Source of the DNA: a virus | Reading direction: 5' to 3' (one strand) | Length of the DNA: 64,000 nt | Virus record (IMG/VR): IMGVR_UViG_3300028573_000011 | Location: 31,442 to 95,441 of that record | In this document: one piece after another, positions 46,313-56,479 of the stretch | How positions within the stretch are numbered: the stretch's first letter is position 1 | Layout: each line of letters begins with the position of its first letter | Notes under the pieces: generated by a model | What the model was told of the DNA's origin: nothing | What the model saw: only the letters and a program-made list of their open reading frames with translations | Databases searched by the model: none | Position numbers and translations under genes: made by a program

Positions 46313-47296
46313 TCAGGCAGCGAAGGCGTCTTGGTACGCGCCGGGGATGTTGATCTCGGCGGTCGGGACGCAGCGGCAGCGGGGGTGCGCGGGCATCGGC
46401 GGGAAGTCCTCGACCGGCCAGGGCGAGGCGGCCTCGTTGGCGTCGCACACCGGGCAGACCCTGGTGTCTCCCGCTGTCAGCCAGGAGACGCGGGTCACGC
46501 CTTCGGTGCGGTACAGGCTCAGCGCGCCCTGGGCCATGGCGGTGTTCAGGGCCCAGTCGACGACGAAGGAGACGGCCTCGACGGTCGCGCCGTCCAGGAT
46601 CTCGACAGCGCCGGCGAGCATCTCCTCGTAGGAGGCCCCCGCCTCGGCGGCGTCGGCCAGCGCACGGCCGAGGTCGCCGGTGGCTCGGTCGAGCATCTTG
46701 CCGAGCCAGCCGTCCGCTTCCCCCCACAGGTCTTCGAGGTTCGCGAGCTGCTCGTAGGCGTGGGTGAACGCGATGTCGAAGTCCAGGCCGACGATGCCGA
46801 GGCGCTCGGCGGCTTGGGCGACGGCGCCGACGACGCCTTCGGCGCGCCCGACGGCGACGGCGTTGCGTAGCGCCGTGCGGATCTTGGCCCAGGCATCGCC
46901 GTACGGCAGCATCCCGAGCAGGATCTTCACGCTCCGGACCGCGCGCGCCCAGATGCCCTGGTCGCGGCCTTCGGCGATGCCGTCGGTCAGGCTCTTGCGG
47001 AAGTCGCGGACCATGTCGGCGATGGCCTGGCGGGTGAAGCCGCCGCGCCACGCGTCGGCCACGAGCTCCGTCTGCTCGGCGGCGAGCTGGTCCCGCCGGT
47101 CGAAGATTAGGGCCCAGGTGCCTTCCAGGGAGCCGAGCTTGAGCGTGACCTCGAGGATCTGTGGCTCGTCGGCGTGCTCGCAGGCCAGCGCGACCGCGGC
47201 GCGGCAGCCGGCCCGGGTGCGGGCGTTGATCGGGCCGCCGGAGCGTGCGAGGCCGGCGGCGTAGGCGTGGCGGGCGTACGGCGCGATTGGATGCAC
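46313..47296 (-). CDS. MuF/SPP1 gp7-like minor head protein
   Basis: WLTAGDTRVCPVC...PAHPRCRC. Confidence 0.85.
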   Translation of the reverse strand: MHPIAPYARHAYAAGLARSGGPINARTRAGCRAAVALACEHADEPQILEVTLKLGSLEGTWALIFDRRDQLAAEQTELVADAWRGGFTRQAIADMVRDFRKSLTDGIAEGRDQGIWARAVRSVKILLGMLPYGDAWAKIRTALRNAVAVGRAEGVVGAVAQAAERLGIVGLDFDIAFTHAYEQLANLEDLWGEADGWLGKMLDRATGDLGRALADAAEAGASYEEMLAGAVEILDGATVEAVSFVVDWALNTAMAQGALSLYRTEGVTRVSWLTAGDTRVCPVCDANEAASPWPVEDFPPMPAHPRCRCVPTAEINIPGAYQDAFAA

Positions 47297-47439
47297 CGCA
47301 GCCCCCCGTCAGCCGATGATCTTCGGGATGAGGGCTTGGACATCCTGGGCCCGCAGCGGGTGTCCCGGGCCGTTTTCGGGTTCCTCGGCGACGTCGGGAT
47401 TCCCGTCGTCGTCGTCGCCGTCGGTGTCGGCCGGGTCGG

Positions 47440-48960
47440 TCACGCGGCTTCCTCAGGGTCGTCGTCGGGCAGGCTGATCAGGGCCTCGCGCAGGCGGCGG
47501 CGGTACCGCTTCGCCCAGCTTTCTTTGGTCTCTGGGTTTTCATCAGAGCCCGGATCGTCCTCCCCGTCGCGTGGTGGCCCGGCTTCGGCGTCGGCGCCGG
47601 ACTTCGGGGCTGGCGTGGGGGCCGGGGTCTTGCTGGCGACCGTGGCCGTGCTCATGGCCTTCATGTCGGACCACAGGACGACGTTCTGGCGGTCGACGAG
47701 GATGGGTTCGTTGCCGCCGTCGACCGGCGGTTCGCCGATCTCGGTCCGGTACCGGTTGAGGGTCCAGGAGCCGTTGCGCAGGCGGGTGTCGCGGATGTCC
47801 TCGATCGTCTTGGAGTCACGGAGGTCGACCTCGCCGAATTTGAGGCACCAGTCGGTGATGCCGAAGCCGACGCGCACGATGTGGTAGTTGATCTTCTCCA
47901 GGACCAGCTGAGCGATCGGGTCGCAGGTGTTGACGTGGAAGGTCTTCATCTGGGACTCGCCGGTACCCGAGCCGAGGTGCCCGGACTCGATCACGCTGGC
48001 CATCGCCGGCGGGACGCCGAGCGCGGCGAGGATCTCGTCACGCTTCTGGTCCAGCCAGGTCTCGACGTCCGTGATGCGGCCGGGCTGGAGCTCGGTGACC
48101 CGGCCGCCGTTCTTCGTCGGGATCGGCGCGCCGATGTTCCGCGCGCCGATGTTCCGCTGCGAGTACCGGGCCATCCAGCGGTTGATCTCCGCGGTCGGCA
48201 TGCCGGCCGGGAAGTCGACGTGGACGGTCGGCGGCAGTCCCTTGCGGAACATCTCCTTGCCGGTCGCGGCGGCGAACAGCCAGGCGGTGATGGGCACTTG
48301 GGCGGCGAGCAGCGGTGACACTCCGAAGACGCCGCTCCGCGGGGCGTCCATCGAAATGTGGATCACCTCGCGCGGCTTGAACGTCGCGCGCTGCCCGAAG
48401 TCGGTGATCTGGACGTAGCCGGTGATCGTGCCGTGCTCGTCGGCCTTGGGGTACATCGTCGGGGCGTCGAGGGAGTACAGCGAGACCGGGAGGTTGCCGA
48501 CCCAGACGACCTCGATGTAGGCGTCGCCGAAAACCATCAGGTCGGTGATGACGCCGCGCATCAGCTGCCGGATGTCCTCGCGTTCGTTGGTGAACGCCAG
48601 GAGCCGCTCCAGCGCGAGGACCTGGGCCGGCTTGTCGGGGATCTCCTGGTCGCCCTCGCCGGTATCGCCGTTCCAGTCGGTGACCAGGCCGCCGGCGGTG
48701 ATGGTGCGGGCAACCGCGTTGACGCCGGAAAAGGCCCAGGGGCAGGAGATGTAGCTGTCGTACAGTTCCGTCAGGACCGACTTGCGGTCGGACTGGGTGG
48801 AGGCGCCGACCGCCTGGTTGTACTCGGAGATGCCGCCGGGCGGGATGCCGTACTCGAAGCCGGACCGCTCGGGGGTCTTCGGCGCCAGGCCGGCGGCCGG
48901 CGCGGCCTCGGTGACGTCGTAGCGGGACCGCCACGGGCGCATCCAGGAGGGCAGTGCCAC
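47440..48960 (-). CDS. portal protein
   Basis: DLMVFGDAYIEV, EVIHI, FGVSPL, ILAALGVPP, TLNRYR. Confidence 0.92.
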   Translation of the reverse strand: MALPSWMRPWRSRYDVTEAAPAAGLAPKTPERSGFEYGIPPGGISEYNQAVGASTQSDRKSVLTELYDSYISCPWAFSGVNAVARTITAGGLVTDWNGDTGEGDQEIPDKPAQVLALERLLAFTNEREDIRQLMRGVITDLMVFGDAYIEVVWVGNLPVSLYSLDAPTMYPKADEHGTITGYVQITDFGQRATFKPREVIHISMDAPRSGVFGVSPLLAAQVPITAWLFAAATGKEMFRKGLPPTVHVDFPAGMPTAEINRWMARYSQRNIGARNIGAPIPTKNGGRVTELQPGRITDVETWLDQKRDEILAALGVPPAMASVIESGHLGSGTGESQMKTFHVNTCDPIAQLVLEKINYHIVRVGFGITDWCLKFGEVDLRDSKTIEDIRDTRLRNGSWTLNRYRTEIGEPPVDGGNEPILVDRQNVVLWSDMKAMSTATVASKTPAPTPAPKSGADAEAGPPRDGEDDPGSDENPETKESWAKRYRRRLREALISLPDDDPEEAA

Positions 48961-48981
48961 CGGCCCTCCTCGGGGTTCAGG

Positions 48982-50580
48982 TCAGGACCAGGGCGAGTCG
49001 GTGGTAACGGCGCCGGGCCGGGCGGTGGGGGTGTCGTCGTCGAACCAGTTGCCGTGGTCGGGCGGCGTGGGGACGGCGAAATGGCCGAGGAGGGTGTATG
49101 AGGTGTGGCCGAGTGGTTCTTCCGGCGGGGCGTCGAGGATCGGGAACTCCGGGCCTCCGCCGATGCCCATCAGGAGGTAGCGGGCGGCGTCGTACCAGTG
49201 GTCGGGGGCGTCGGTGTTGACGTCCTCGGGCCGTTTCGGGTCGCGTGGGAGGTCGGCCATGGTGGTCAGGAGCTTGGGGCAGGCTCCGTCGACGACGTGC
49301 AGCATCGGGCATGTCGCCCAGCCCATGGCGCGGTGGTGTGCGCAGGCCGGCGCTTCCTGCAGGTAGGTGTGCAGGCGGGCCTTGCCGCCGAGGCGGTCGT
49401 TGTCGCCGCGGCTCAGCGCGAGGCCTTCGGTGGCCATCTTGTCGGCGGGCGGCAGCGAGGATCCGGTCTTGCCCCACATCGCGGGGTCCGCGGACACCAG
49501 CGCGATCCTCAGGCCGCGGTTGGCTTCCAGGATCTGCCGGGCCTGCTCGACCTCGGGGGTCTGGACCATGGTGATCTCGCGGTAGAACCACATGCGGCCG
49601 TCGGCGTCGCGTGCGGCGGCGAGGTAGACGGCCGGGGCGGCCCAGCCGTAGTCCATGCCGCCGTAGCGGATCCACTCGTCGGGGACGGTGAAGGGCGGGA
49701 CCGTGATGCGGTCGCGCTTCCAGTCGGGGAAGGCGGCGTCGGGCATGGCCGACCAGTCTCCGTCCCTGATCCGGGCCCGCAGGTCGGGGTCTGCGATGCC
49801 GGCGAGGGTCTTGGAGTAGTCGCCGACGTGGGGGTTGTCGGTCGCCTTGGCCGGGATGAAGATCCGGCGGCGTCCGGCCTCGTCGATGATCTCCTTGTTG
49901 CCGTAGTCGGTGGCGTCGACGTAGTTGGCCTTCACGACGCCGTGGCCGACGTGTCCGGGGTTGGATGCGGACCGTGCTCCCAGGCACGGCACCGTGGCGA
50001 CGCCGGACCGAATGCGGGTGTAGAGGAAGTCAACGACGTCCGGCGGCATGGTGGTTCGCTCGTCCAAGATCAGCATGTTGATCTCGGCGGAGGACAGCGA
50101 CGACGCTTCCTGCAGGTTCTTGGCGTGGCCGAAGGTGAGGACGCTGTTCCCGAGCGCGCTGCGGAACCGGAGCTCGTACTTCGAGCCGTCCCAGCGGCCA
50201 CCGATCCGGCGGGCGTAGCCGTACCGGGCCAGGGTGCGCAGGACGGACTGGTTGAGCTCGGGGAAGGAGCGCCGGAACCAGAAGATTTGGATGCCCGGGT
50301 ACCGGATGCAGGTCCGCAGTGCGAGCGCCAGCAGGGACCAGCTCTTTCCGCCGCCGCCGGCGCCGCCGTACAGGACGTCAAGGTCCTCATCCGGCAGCCC
50401 GAGGAACTTCTCCTGCGGGCAGGTGCCGCAGTGGGCGGGCAGCTCGTGGGCGGGGACACCGGCGAGCTTGGCGAGCTCGCGCGGCTTGCAGACCGGTTCG
50501 AAGCCGAGCTCGGCGAAGACGTCGATCTCGACGTCTTCGACCTCGAGCCGGTCGGCGGCCTGGGCGAGGGCGGCGTCCAC
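48982..50580 (-). CDS. terL: terminase large subunit
   Basis: Walker A YGGAGGGGKS, Walker B LILDE, ASNPG, nuclease MDYG and DHWYDAARY. Confidence 0.95.
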   Translation of the reverse strand: MDAALAQAADRLEVEDVEIDVFAELGFEPVCKPRELAKLAGVPAHELPAHCGTCPQEKFLGLPDEDLDVLYGGAGGGGKSWSLLALALRTCIRYPGIQIFWFRRSFPELNQSVLRTLARYGYARRIGGRWDGSKYELRFRSALGNSVLTFGHAKNLQEASSLSSAEINMLILDERTTMPPDVVDFLYTRIRSGVATVPCLGARSASNPGHVGHGVVKANYVDATDYGNKEIIDEAGRRRIFIPAKATDNPHVGDYSKTLAGIADPDLRARIRDGDWSAMPDAAFPDWKRDRITVPPFTVPDEWIRYGGMDYGWAAPAVYLAAARDADGRMWFYREITMVQTPEVEQARQILEANRGLRIALVSADPAMWGKTGSSLPPADKMATEGLALSRGDNDRLGGKARLHTYLQEAPACAHHRAMGWATCPMLHVVDGACPKLLTTMADLPRDPKRPEDVNTDAPDHWYDAARYLLMGIGGGPEFPILDAPPEEPLGHTSYTLLGHFAVPTPPDHGNWFDDDTPTARPGAVTTDSPWS

Positions 50581-50593
50581 GCCTCACCCCCGG

Positions 50594-51460
50594 CTACGGT
50601 TCAGAAGGGGCGACGCGCAGTTTGGCGGCGGCGGCCTTCTTGGCGGCCAGGATCCGTTCCTTGTCCTGAACGCCGGCGGCGGCCAGCGCCGCGTCGATGG
50701 CGTCGATGACGCGGTCGGCCTGGCTGGTGGTGATGGCGGCCAGGCGGTTGTCGATGTCGAGTCGGGCGTAGTCGGTCAGGAACTTTCCCAGCCGGTCCAT
50801 GGCGCGCTCGTAGAGGACGACTTCGGCGCGCAGCTGCTCGCCGGAGCCGTCGCGGTAGCGCATGCCGCCGGCGCGCTCGTTGTCGCTGGCCTCGGCGTCG
50901 TCGTTGGCGACGCGCAGGAGCAGCTCGACGCGTTCCTGCATCAGTTCCATCCACGCCCGGGCCCGGCCGGCGACGGCGGCGAGCTCGGTGAGGGGGTTGT
51001 CCACCGGGGTGCCGACGAGGGTCCGGGCCTCCATCAGCAGCTCCCTCTCGGCGATGCGCCGCTTCGCGGCGACGACGGATTGGGGGGCCTTGCCGCCGTG
51101 GTAGTCGCAGACAGTCTGGCCGGGCTTGGCCCACTGGCGGCAGCGCTCGCCGCGGCGGTCGGTCCGCGTGGTGCCGCCGGTGATCTTGGCCGTGCAGCGG
51201 CGGTGGTCCGGCGGCGGGTTGCCCGGTTCGCGGTCCGGGTCGTGCGCCAGGCACCACGGGCCGGCGGTGGCGCGGGCGCCGCACGGCTGGCCGTCGACGT
51301 TCGTGCCCGGGCACCGCTGCTCGGGCGGGACGGTGGGCTTGGCGCGGTCGGGGTCGTGGACGTGGCAGAAGTCCTGGCCCCGGCGGGCCGGCCGCCGGCA
51401 GCGGGTGCCGTCCTTGGTCGGGGCCGTGCAGCGCAGCTCGTCAGACGGCGGGCGTTGCAT
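50594..51460 (-). CDS. terS: terminase small subunit candidate with three CCCH zinc fingers
   Basis: Directly upstream of TerL; three RC..C..C..H repeats, the last ending CDYHGG; helical C-terminus. Confidence 0.65.
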   Translation of the reverse strand: MQRPPSDELRCTAPTKDGTRCRRPARRGQDFCHVHDPDRAKPTVPPEQRCPGTNVDGQPCGARATAGPWCLAHDPDREPGNPPPDHRRCTAKITGGTTRTDRRGERCRQWAKPGQTVCDYHGGKAPQSVVAAKRRIAERELLMEARTLVGTPVDNPLTELAAVAGRARAWMELMQERVELLLRVANDDAEASDNERAGGMRYRDGSGEQLRAEVVLYERAMDRLGKFLTDYARLDIDNRLAAITTSQADRVIDAIDAALAAAGVQDKERILAAKKAAAAKLRVAPSEP

Positions 51461-52265
51461 GGTCGTCCGGCGGCATCGGGCGCAGGGCGGCCGGGAGGGG
51501 CTTGAACGGCACCTCGACGTCCGTGGTCTCCGGCCAGCCGTGCTGGTTGAAGATCACCTGGCCGTGGGCGTCGCGGCGGATCATGGTGGCGTGCAGCAGC
51601 ATCGTGCCGTCCGGGGCCGGGATGGGTGTCAGCTCGGTGACCCAGGCCATGTCAATGCCGTAGCCGGCGAGGAACTCGGCGATGGGGCCGGCGACGGCGA
51701 CGTGCATCGGCGGCGGGCCCGGGACCGGGACGGGGTCGATGATCCGCTTGGGCCGGTTCGGCGCGGGGTCGTCGGCGCGGCAGGCGCAGGTACCGAGGCC
51801 TTGGCAGTCCTCACGGTGGACGTGGTCGCACGTGGGCATCGCCCGGACCGGGGCTGCGTCGGCGCGGTCGTCGTGTGGCGCGCTGCGCCGAGCCCCGTTG
51901 GCCTTGGTGCACGGCCGGTCCGGTGCGGCGCCGCAGGTGGAGCAGGCCCCGACGCTGTCCTTCCACATCTCGCGGACCGCGGCGCCGAGTGGGTTGTCTG
52001 GCGTGGGATCGTCGTGCTCGTCGGCGCAGATCGCGTCGGCCTCGTGGTCGTAGCAGGTATAGACCGCCTGGTGGGCGATGCCGTCGATCGGCCTCAGCGC
52101 GTCCGGGAGCGCGTCGTACTCCTCGGCGGTCGCGTGGCGGCGGTGCTGTGCCTGGGCCAGCTGGTTGCAGCCGTCGTGCTGGCACAGCTGGTGGCCCGGG
52201 CGGCTCGGGCCGCACGGGCCGCAGTCGGCGGAGTCGTGGGGGCGGGCGGTGCGGTAGGGCTGCAC
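51441..52265 (-). CDS. Cys/His-rich hypothetical protein
   Basis: RBS AAGGAGG before GTG; CSTCGAAPDRPC...H..R finger. Confidence 0.6.
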   Translation of the reverse strand: MQPYRTARPHDSADCGPCGPSRPGHQLCQHDGCNQLAQAQHRRHATAEEYDALPDALRPIDGIAHQAVYTCYDHEADAICADEHDDPTPDNPLGAAVREMWKDSVGACSTCGAAPDRPCTKANGARRSAPHDDRADAAPVRAMPTCDHVHREDCQGLGTCACRADDPAPNRPKRIIDPVPVPGPPPMHVAVAGPIAEFLAGYGIDMAWVTELTPIPAPDGTMLLHATMIRRDAHGQVIFNQHGWPETTDVEVPFKPLPAALRPMPPDDHATPAV

Positions 52266-52279
52266 GGTGGCGCGCCTCC

Positions 52280-54625
52280 TTAGTCCAGGGTCCAGACGGC
52301 GGTCGGCTTGACCGAGCCGTCGATCTCCCACCAGCCGCCGGGCGGGATACGGATGGTGATGGGCGCGGTGAGCGCGCCGGTCCAGACAGCAGTCATGACC
52401 GGCGCCGTCTGGCCGCCCATGAGGGCGGAGACCTTCACCGCGGTGACGGTGCCGCCGCTGAGGATCACGGTCGCCCACCGCCAGTAGTTGTTGGTCTGCG
52501 CGACGCCGAGCGTGTAGGCCGGCGTGGCCACGGGCCCGACGTTCTGCAGGTCGTTGATGATCTGCAGTCCGGTCGGGTACGTCGTGGAGATCGCGCCGTT
52601 CGCGCCTGAGAGGTGCAGCTCGCCGAGCGCAGAGGACGAGGCCAGGCCGTCCGCGCCGCCGGTGTTGAGCTCGCGAAACTGGTTGGTCCCCTCGGTATCC
52701 ATGCAGCCGCGGAACATCGGCCCGAAGCCTCCGGAGCCGGGGCCGATAAAGCTCATCTGATAGGAGCAGCCCTCGATGCAGATCTGCGGGGCCTTGACGG
52801 CGTGCAGCGCGCCGACGCCGGTTCCGCCGTCGCCGAAGGTGCCGACCAGGCCGAGGCCGACCCAGCCGTAGAGCAGGATGCAGCCCTCGTCGAAGACGGT
52901 GTGCTCGGTGGCGAAGATGAGGTAGGTGTAGCCGCCCTGGCAGATGGACCGGCTGACCGAGTTCATGGCGTTGTTGCCGTTGGCCGGCATCGTGATGCCG
53001 ATGCTGAAGCCGTTGGCGAACCCTGCCGGGTTGTTGTAGTCGGCCGCGCCGTAGGTCCCGGTGGTGCCCCAGGACATGTCCTCCAGGATCATCCGGGCGC
53101 AGCCGTGCGCGTTGATCACGTCGTAGGAGAGACCGTTCGCCGAGTGTGGCGTCAGGAGGCTCATGTTCTTGACGTGCAGCGTCACGTTGCTGAAGATCGG
53201 CAGCGGGTCGTGGACGACGCCGTAGCCGTTCTTGCCGGACGGTCCAGAGATCATCGCAGGGCGGCCGTTGGCGTTCGCGGAGGCCGTCTGGGCGCCGGCG
53301 GAGGCGAACACCCCGAAGGAGAGCCAGGTGGAGGCGGTCATGGCAGGGACCAGCTGCCCCCAGTAGCGGGTCTTGGCCCCGGATTCGATGCCGACGAGCT
53401 GGCAGGTGACGCCCTGGACGCCCTCGGGGACGATCGGGATGGTGAGCTGGCCGTTGCCCAGGGTGGAGCCGCCGGTGACCAGCGGGCCGTTGATCCCGTA
53501 GAAGGATCCCTCGCCGGGCGGCGTGTAGACCTGGTACAGCGGCTGGACGCCGACCTGTGGGGCGGTGAACGCGGTCGCGAAGGTGTGGCCGGCGTTGATC
53601 GCCGCCTGGATCGCCGCGGTGTCGTCGGTGGCCCACATGACGGTGGCGCCGCTGACGGTGGCGCCGGCGGCCGCGGTGAGGGTGATGTGGCCGGAGTCGG
53701 TGAACCCGGAGATGGTCGTGGCCAGGGTGGTGATGCCGGCGGCCGCGGCGTGGAGCACGAGGATCGGCTTGCCGACGTCGCTGACCTTGAACTGGTGCGA
53801 GGTCGTGCAGGCCAGAACGTGGCTGCCGTTGGTGATCGCGCCGTCCGTGACGACCTGGCCGTCACCGACGGCACCATAGGCGGTGATGTCGAACACCCAC
53901 GGCGTATCGGGCTTCTGCTCCAGCAGGCCGTCGGCGTCGAGGGTGGCCACGCCGCCGGGGACGCCGAGCTGCGCGGCGGACACCGCGCCGCTGTCGCGCG
54001 GGGTGGGCACGGCGCCGGTGGCCAGGATGGTGACCTTGCGGACGACGTGGTTGTCGTCGCTCGAGCTGTTCGCGGCCGTGAAGCCGAGCAGCGCGACCGC
54101 GCCGATGCCGGTGCCGGCCGAGATCGCGGGGCCGCCGTCGACGGACGCGGACACGGTACCGCCGGAGACCGAGACGGTCACGATGTGGGTTCCGGTGCGC
54201 AGCGGCGGGATCCCGGTCGTGGTCGCCAGGACGGTCGGCGCGCCGGTCTGCCCGGACGTCGAGGAGACGATCGAGAGCTGGTTGACGCCGTCGGTGCTGA
54301 GCGCGACGCCGATGCCGGGGATGCCGGTGAAGCCCAGGGCCGGGCCGGTGCCGCCGACGACGTCGGGCCCGGTCTGGGTCGGGTCGGCCAGCGCCAGGCA
54401 CAGGCCGGAGCCGCCGGAGCCGCCGCTCACGGAGACGGTAAACGAGACGATCAGCTCGTCGGTGGGGATCGGGACCGCGTAGAACGAGGACCCCGCGACG
54501 GTGCCGGCGCCGGCCGCGGTGAGGACGAGGTCGCCGTTGCTGACGGTGGCCGCGCCTTCCCGGACCCAGTCGCGGTTGATGGCGGCCGGGGCCGGTGCGG
54601 GGACGAGGGTGCCGAAGCCGCCCAC
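52280..54625 (-). CDS. tailspike/depolymerase-like protein (lectin domain + beta-helix)
   Basis: N-terminal legume-lectin-like (VLT...GSSF...LGFTAA...NHVV); GVATLDADG; YGAVGDG...TDDTAAIQAAIN beta-helix start; RBS GAGGAGG. Confidence 0.75.
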   Translation of the reverse strand: MGGFGTLVPAPAPAAINRDWVREGAATVSNGDLVLTAAGAGTVAGSSFYAVPIPTDELIVSFTVSVSGGSGGSGLCLALADPTQTGPDVVGGTGPALGFTGIPGIGVALSTDGVNQLSIVSSTSGQTGAPTVLATTTGIPPLRTGTHIVTVSVSGGTVSASVDGGPAISAGTGIGAVALLGFTAANSSSDDNHVVRKVTILATGAVPTPRDSGAVSAAQLGVPGGVATLDADGLLEQKPDTPWVFDITAYGAVGDGQVVTDGAITNGSHVLACTTSHQFKVSDVGKPILVLHAAAAGITTLATTISGFTDSGHITLTAAAGATVSGATVMWATDDTAAIQAAINAGHTFATAFTAPQVGVQPLYQVYTPPGEGSFYGINGPLVTGGSTLGNGQLTIPIVPEGVQGVTCQLVGIESGAKTRYWGQLVPAMTASTWLSFGVFASAGAQTASANANGRPAMISGPSGKNGYGVVHDPLPIFSNVTLHVKNMSLLTPHSANGLSYDVINAHGCARMILEDMSWGTTGTYGAADYNNPAGFANGFSIGITMPANGNNAMNSVSRSICQGGYTYLIFATEHTVFDEGCILLYGWVGLGLVGTFGDGGTGVGALHAVKAPQICIEGCSYQMSFIGPGSGGFGPMFRGCMDTEGTNQFRELNTGGADGLASSSALGELHLSGANGAISTTYPTGLQIINDLQNVGPVATPAYTLGVAQTNNYWRWATVILSGGTVTAVKVSALMGGQTAPVMTAVWTGALTAPITIRIPPGGWWEIDGSVKPTAVWTLD

Positions 54626-54675
54626 GGTCGCCTCCTCGGGAGGTTGTGCGCGCGGGCGCGGCGGGTGATGGTCGG

Positions 54676-55212
54676 TCAGAGGAAGAAGCGTCGCCAGCGC
54701 GGGGCGTTGGCCCGGGCCGCGAGCATGGCGGGGGTGACCTGCCAGGACTCGGGCTGGCCGCAGAGCCAGTCCATGCCCGCTGTCTGTCCGGCCTGAGCGA
54801 CGAGTTCCGAGCACATGAGGGCGCGGCGTCCGGCGGCGAGCCTGCTCAGCAGGCGCCAGCGCAGCCCGACCGCGGCCAGGCCGTCGGCGGTGTCGGCGGT
54901 CCAGTTGTAGCCGGTGCCGATCTTGGATGCTGCGTAGACGACGACGGCCGAGCGCTGCGCTTCGGTCATCGGCTCCGTGGTGGACAGGACCATGGAGCAG
55001 CCGTTGTACTCGGAGATCTCGCGCACGCGTACGCCGCCCGGTTCGGCTTCGATGACGCAGGCGTCGTCGACGACGACGAAGGCGTGGTTCGCCCAGGACC
55101 GGGTAACGAGCCGGATCAGGAGTGGCCCAAGGCCCGGGGTTCTGACGCAGCCGTAGACACCGGGTGGCGGCCAGCGCCGGTGGTTCTGGGCCACGGTACC
55201 GACGTTGGTCAC
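54676..55212 (-). CDS. permuted papain-like NlpC/P60 (YiiX/YebB-like) protein
   Basis: NHAFVV...IEA...GYNW...MCSELVA (His before Cys). Confidence 0.75.
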   Translation of the reverse strand: MTNVGTVAQNHRRWPPPGVYGCVRTPGLGPLLIRLVTRSWANHAFVVVDDACVIEAEPGGVRVREISEYNGCSMVLSTTEPMTEAQRSAVVVYAASKIGTGYNWTADTADGLAAVGLRWRLLSRLAAGRRALMCSELVAQAGQTAGMDWLCGQPESWQVTPAMLAARANAPRWRRFFL

Positions 55213-55763
55213 GTGCCCTCCGCCGCTGTGTCGCTACTGGAGACGACCCAGTACCGGAACACGCCGGTACGGACGGTGCAACCGTCGGGTTCGAGCACCG
55301 GCGGATCCGCCGGGGCCAAGGGCTTGCCGTCGGCGTCGACGAGCACGGTGAGGTCTGCCACGACCGGGCCGCCGTCCCACTGCGCTCCGCCGAGGACGAT
55401 GCTCAGGCCGGTAGCCGTGAGGATCTGCTCGCCGGTGTCGTAGTCGTGGACGGTCATGGCATACGACATCAGCGGGTTGCCGTCGGGCGAGGCCTTTGGC
55501 CAGGTGATGGTGATGCGACGCAACGGCTCGAGCGTCCGCGGCCGGCGCACGGCGGGTCGGGGTTCGGCCCGGACGGCTGGGCACTGGGGGTCGACGATGA
55601 CCGGGTAGATCGGCGGGTCGAGCTTTCTGCAGGTGCAGTTGCGTCCGTGGTGGATGCTGATCCTGACCTGCTTCGTCCCGGGCGGGTCGAGCTCGTACTG
55701 CCTGCCCCGCGAGACGGTGCTGCGGCAGGCGGGATGCGCCGGCGGGAGGTCTTCGTCGGTCAT
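55209..55763 (-). CDS. hypothetical protein
   Basis: Start MTDEDLPP coupled to the upstream stop. Confidence 0.5.
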   Translation of the reverse strand: MTDEDLPPAHPACRSTVSRGRQYELDPPGTKQVRISIHHGRNCTCRKLDPPIYPVIVDPQCPAVRAEPRPAVRRPRTLEPLRRITITWPKASPDGNPLMSYAMTVHDYDTGEQILTATGLSIVLGGAQWDGGPVVADLTVLVDADGKPLAPADPPVLEPDGCTVRTGVFRYWVVSSSDTAAEGT

Positions 55764-56083
55764 CCGTGGCCAGTCGGGTGCCAGGTGCCGCCCGCATACT
55801 GGGGCTCGGTCCAGCCGCAGGCGCAGTAGCGGTGGGGGTTGCCGTGGTGCGGCCGGTCGGGACAGAACGGGTCGCCGCGCTGGCCGGCGCCGTCGTGGTA
55901 GTCGACGGCGCGGTTGAAGAACTGGCCGGTGGGGTTCAGCACGCACAGACCGACCCGGTTGGGGTGGTCCGGGTCCCCGGAGTGCTCGGTGACGATGGCG
56001 GCCCGGCACTCCCGGGTGTACTCGCCGCCGGGCGTCCCGTGGCTGGTGTAGTGGACGGTCTGGCCGATGTCGGGGAGCTTCAT
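55760..56083 (-). CDS. small beta-rich phage protein
   Basis: PDIGQTVHY...RAAIVTE...VGLCVLNPTG. Confidence 0.65.
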   Translation of the reverse strand: MKLPDIGQTVHYTSHGTPGGEYTRECRAAIVTEHSGDPDHPNRVGLCVLNPTGQFFNRAVDYHDGAGQRGDPFCPDRPHHGNPHRYCACGWTEPQYAGGTWHPTGHG

Positions 56084-56388
56084 GCGTCGGCTCGCGGGGG
56101 CCAGAACGCGACGTAGCGGTAGCCCTTCGGGTTCGAGGGGTTCATCGCCGCCAGCTGCTCCTCGGTCGGGCGCTCGTCGAACAGGGCCACGGAGGTCAGC
56201 CACTCGATGCGGTCGCTGTCGCCGAGGACGCGGAGGTTGACGGTCTGGCGGTTCAGGCCGTCGCCGCCGACGGCCGGCGGGCCCCAGACGCGCGAGAGGA
56301 CGGCGGTGGCGACGTCGGCGCCGTTGTTCGTCGCGGGGTCGACCAGGAGGTGGACGATGTGGCCGATGGTCGCGCTGGTGCTGGGCAT
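56080..56388 (-). CDS. small beta-rich phage protein, probable paralog of the downstream gene
   Basis: ATIGHIVH...TAVLSRVW...VNLRVL...WPPR. Confidence 0.6.
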   Translation of the reverse strand: MPSTSATIGHIVHLLVDPATNNGADVATAVLSRVWGPPAVGGDGLNRQTVNLRVLGDSDRIEWLTSVALFDERPTEEQLAAMNPSNPKGYRYVAFWPPRADA

Positions 56389-56479
56389 GCGGGATGGGCC
56401 TCGGTTCGGTGGGGGCGGCGGGGTCACGGTGGCGTCCGCGGCCGCGGCGGAGCTGGGCTCAACGCCGCGGCCACGGAGA

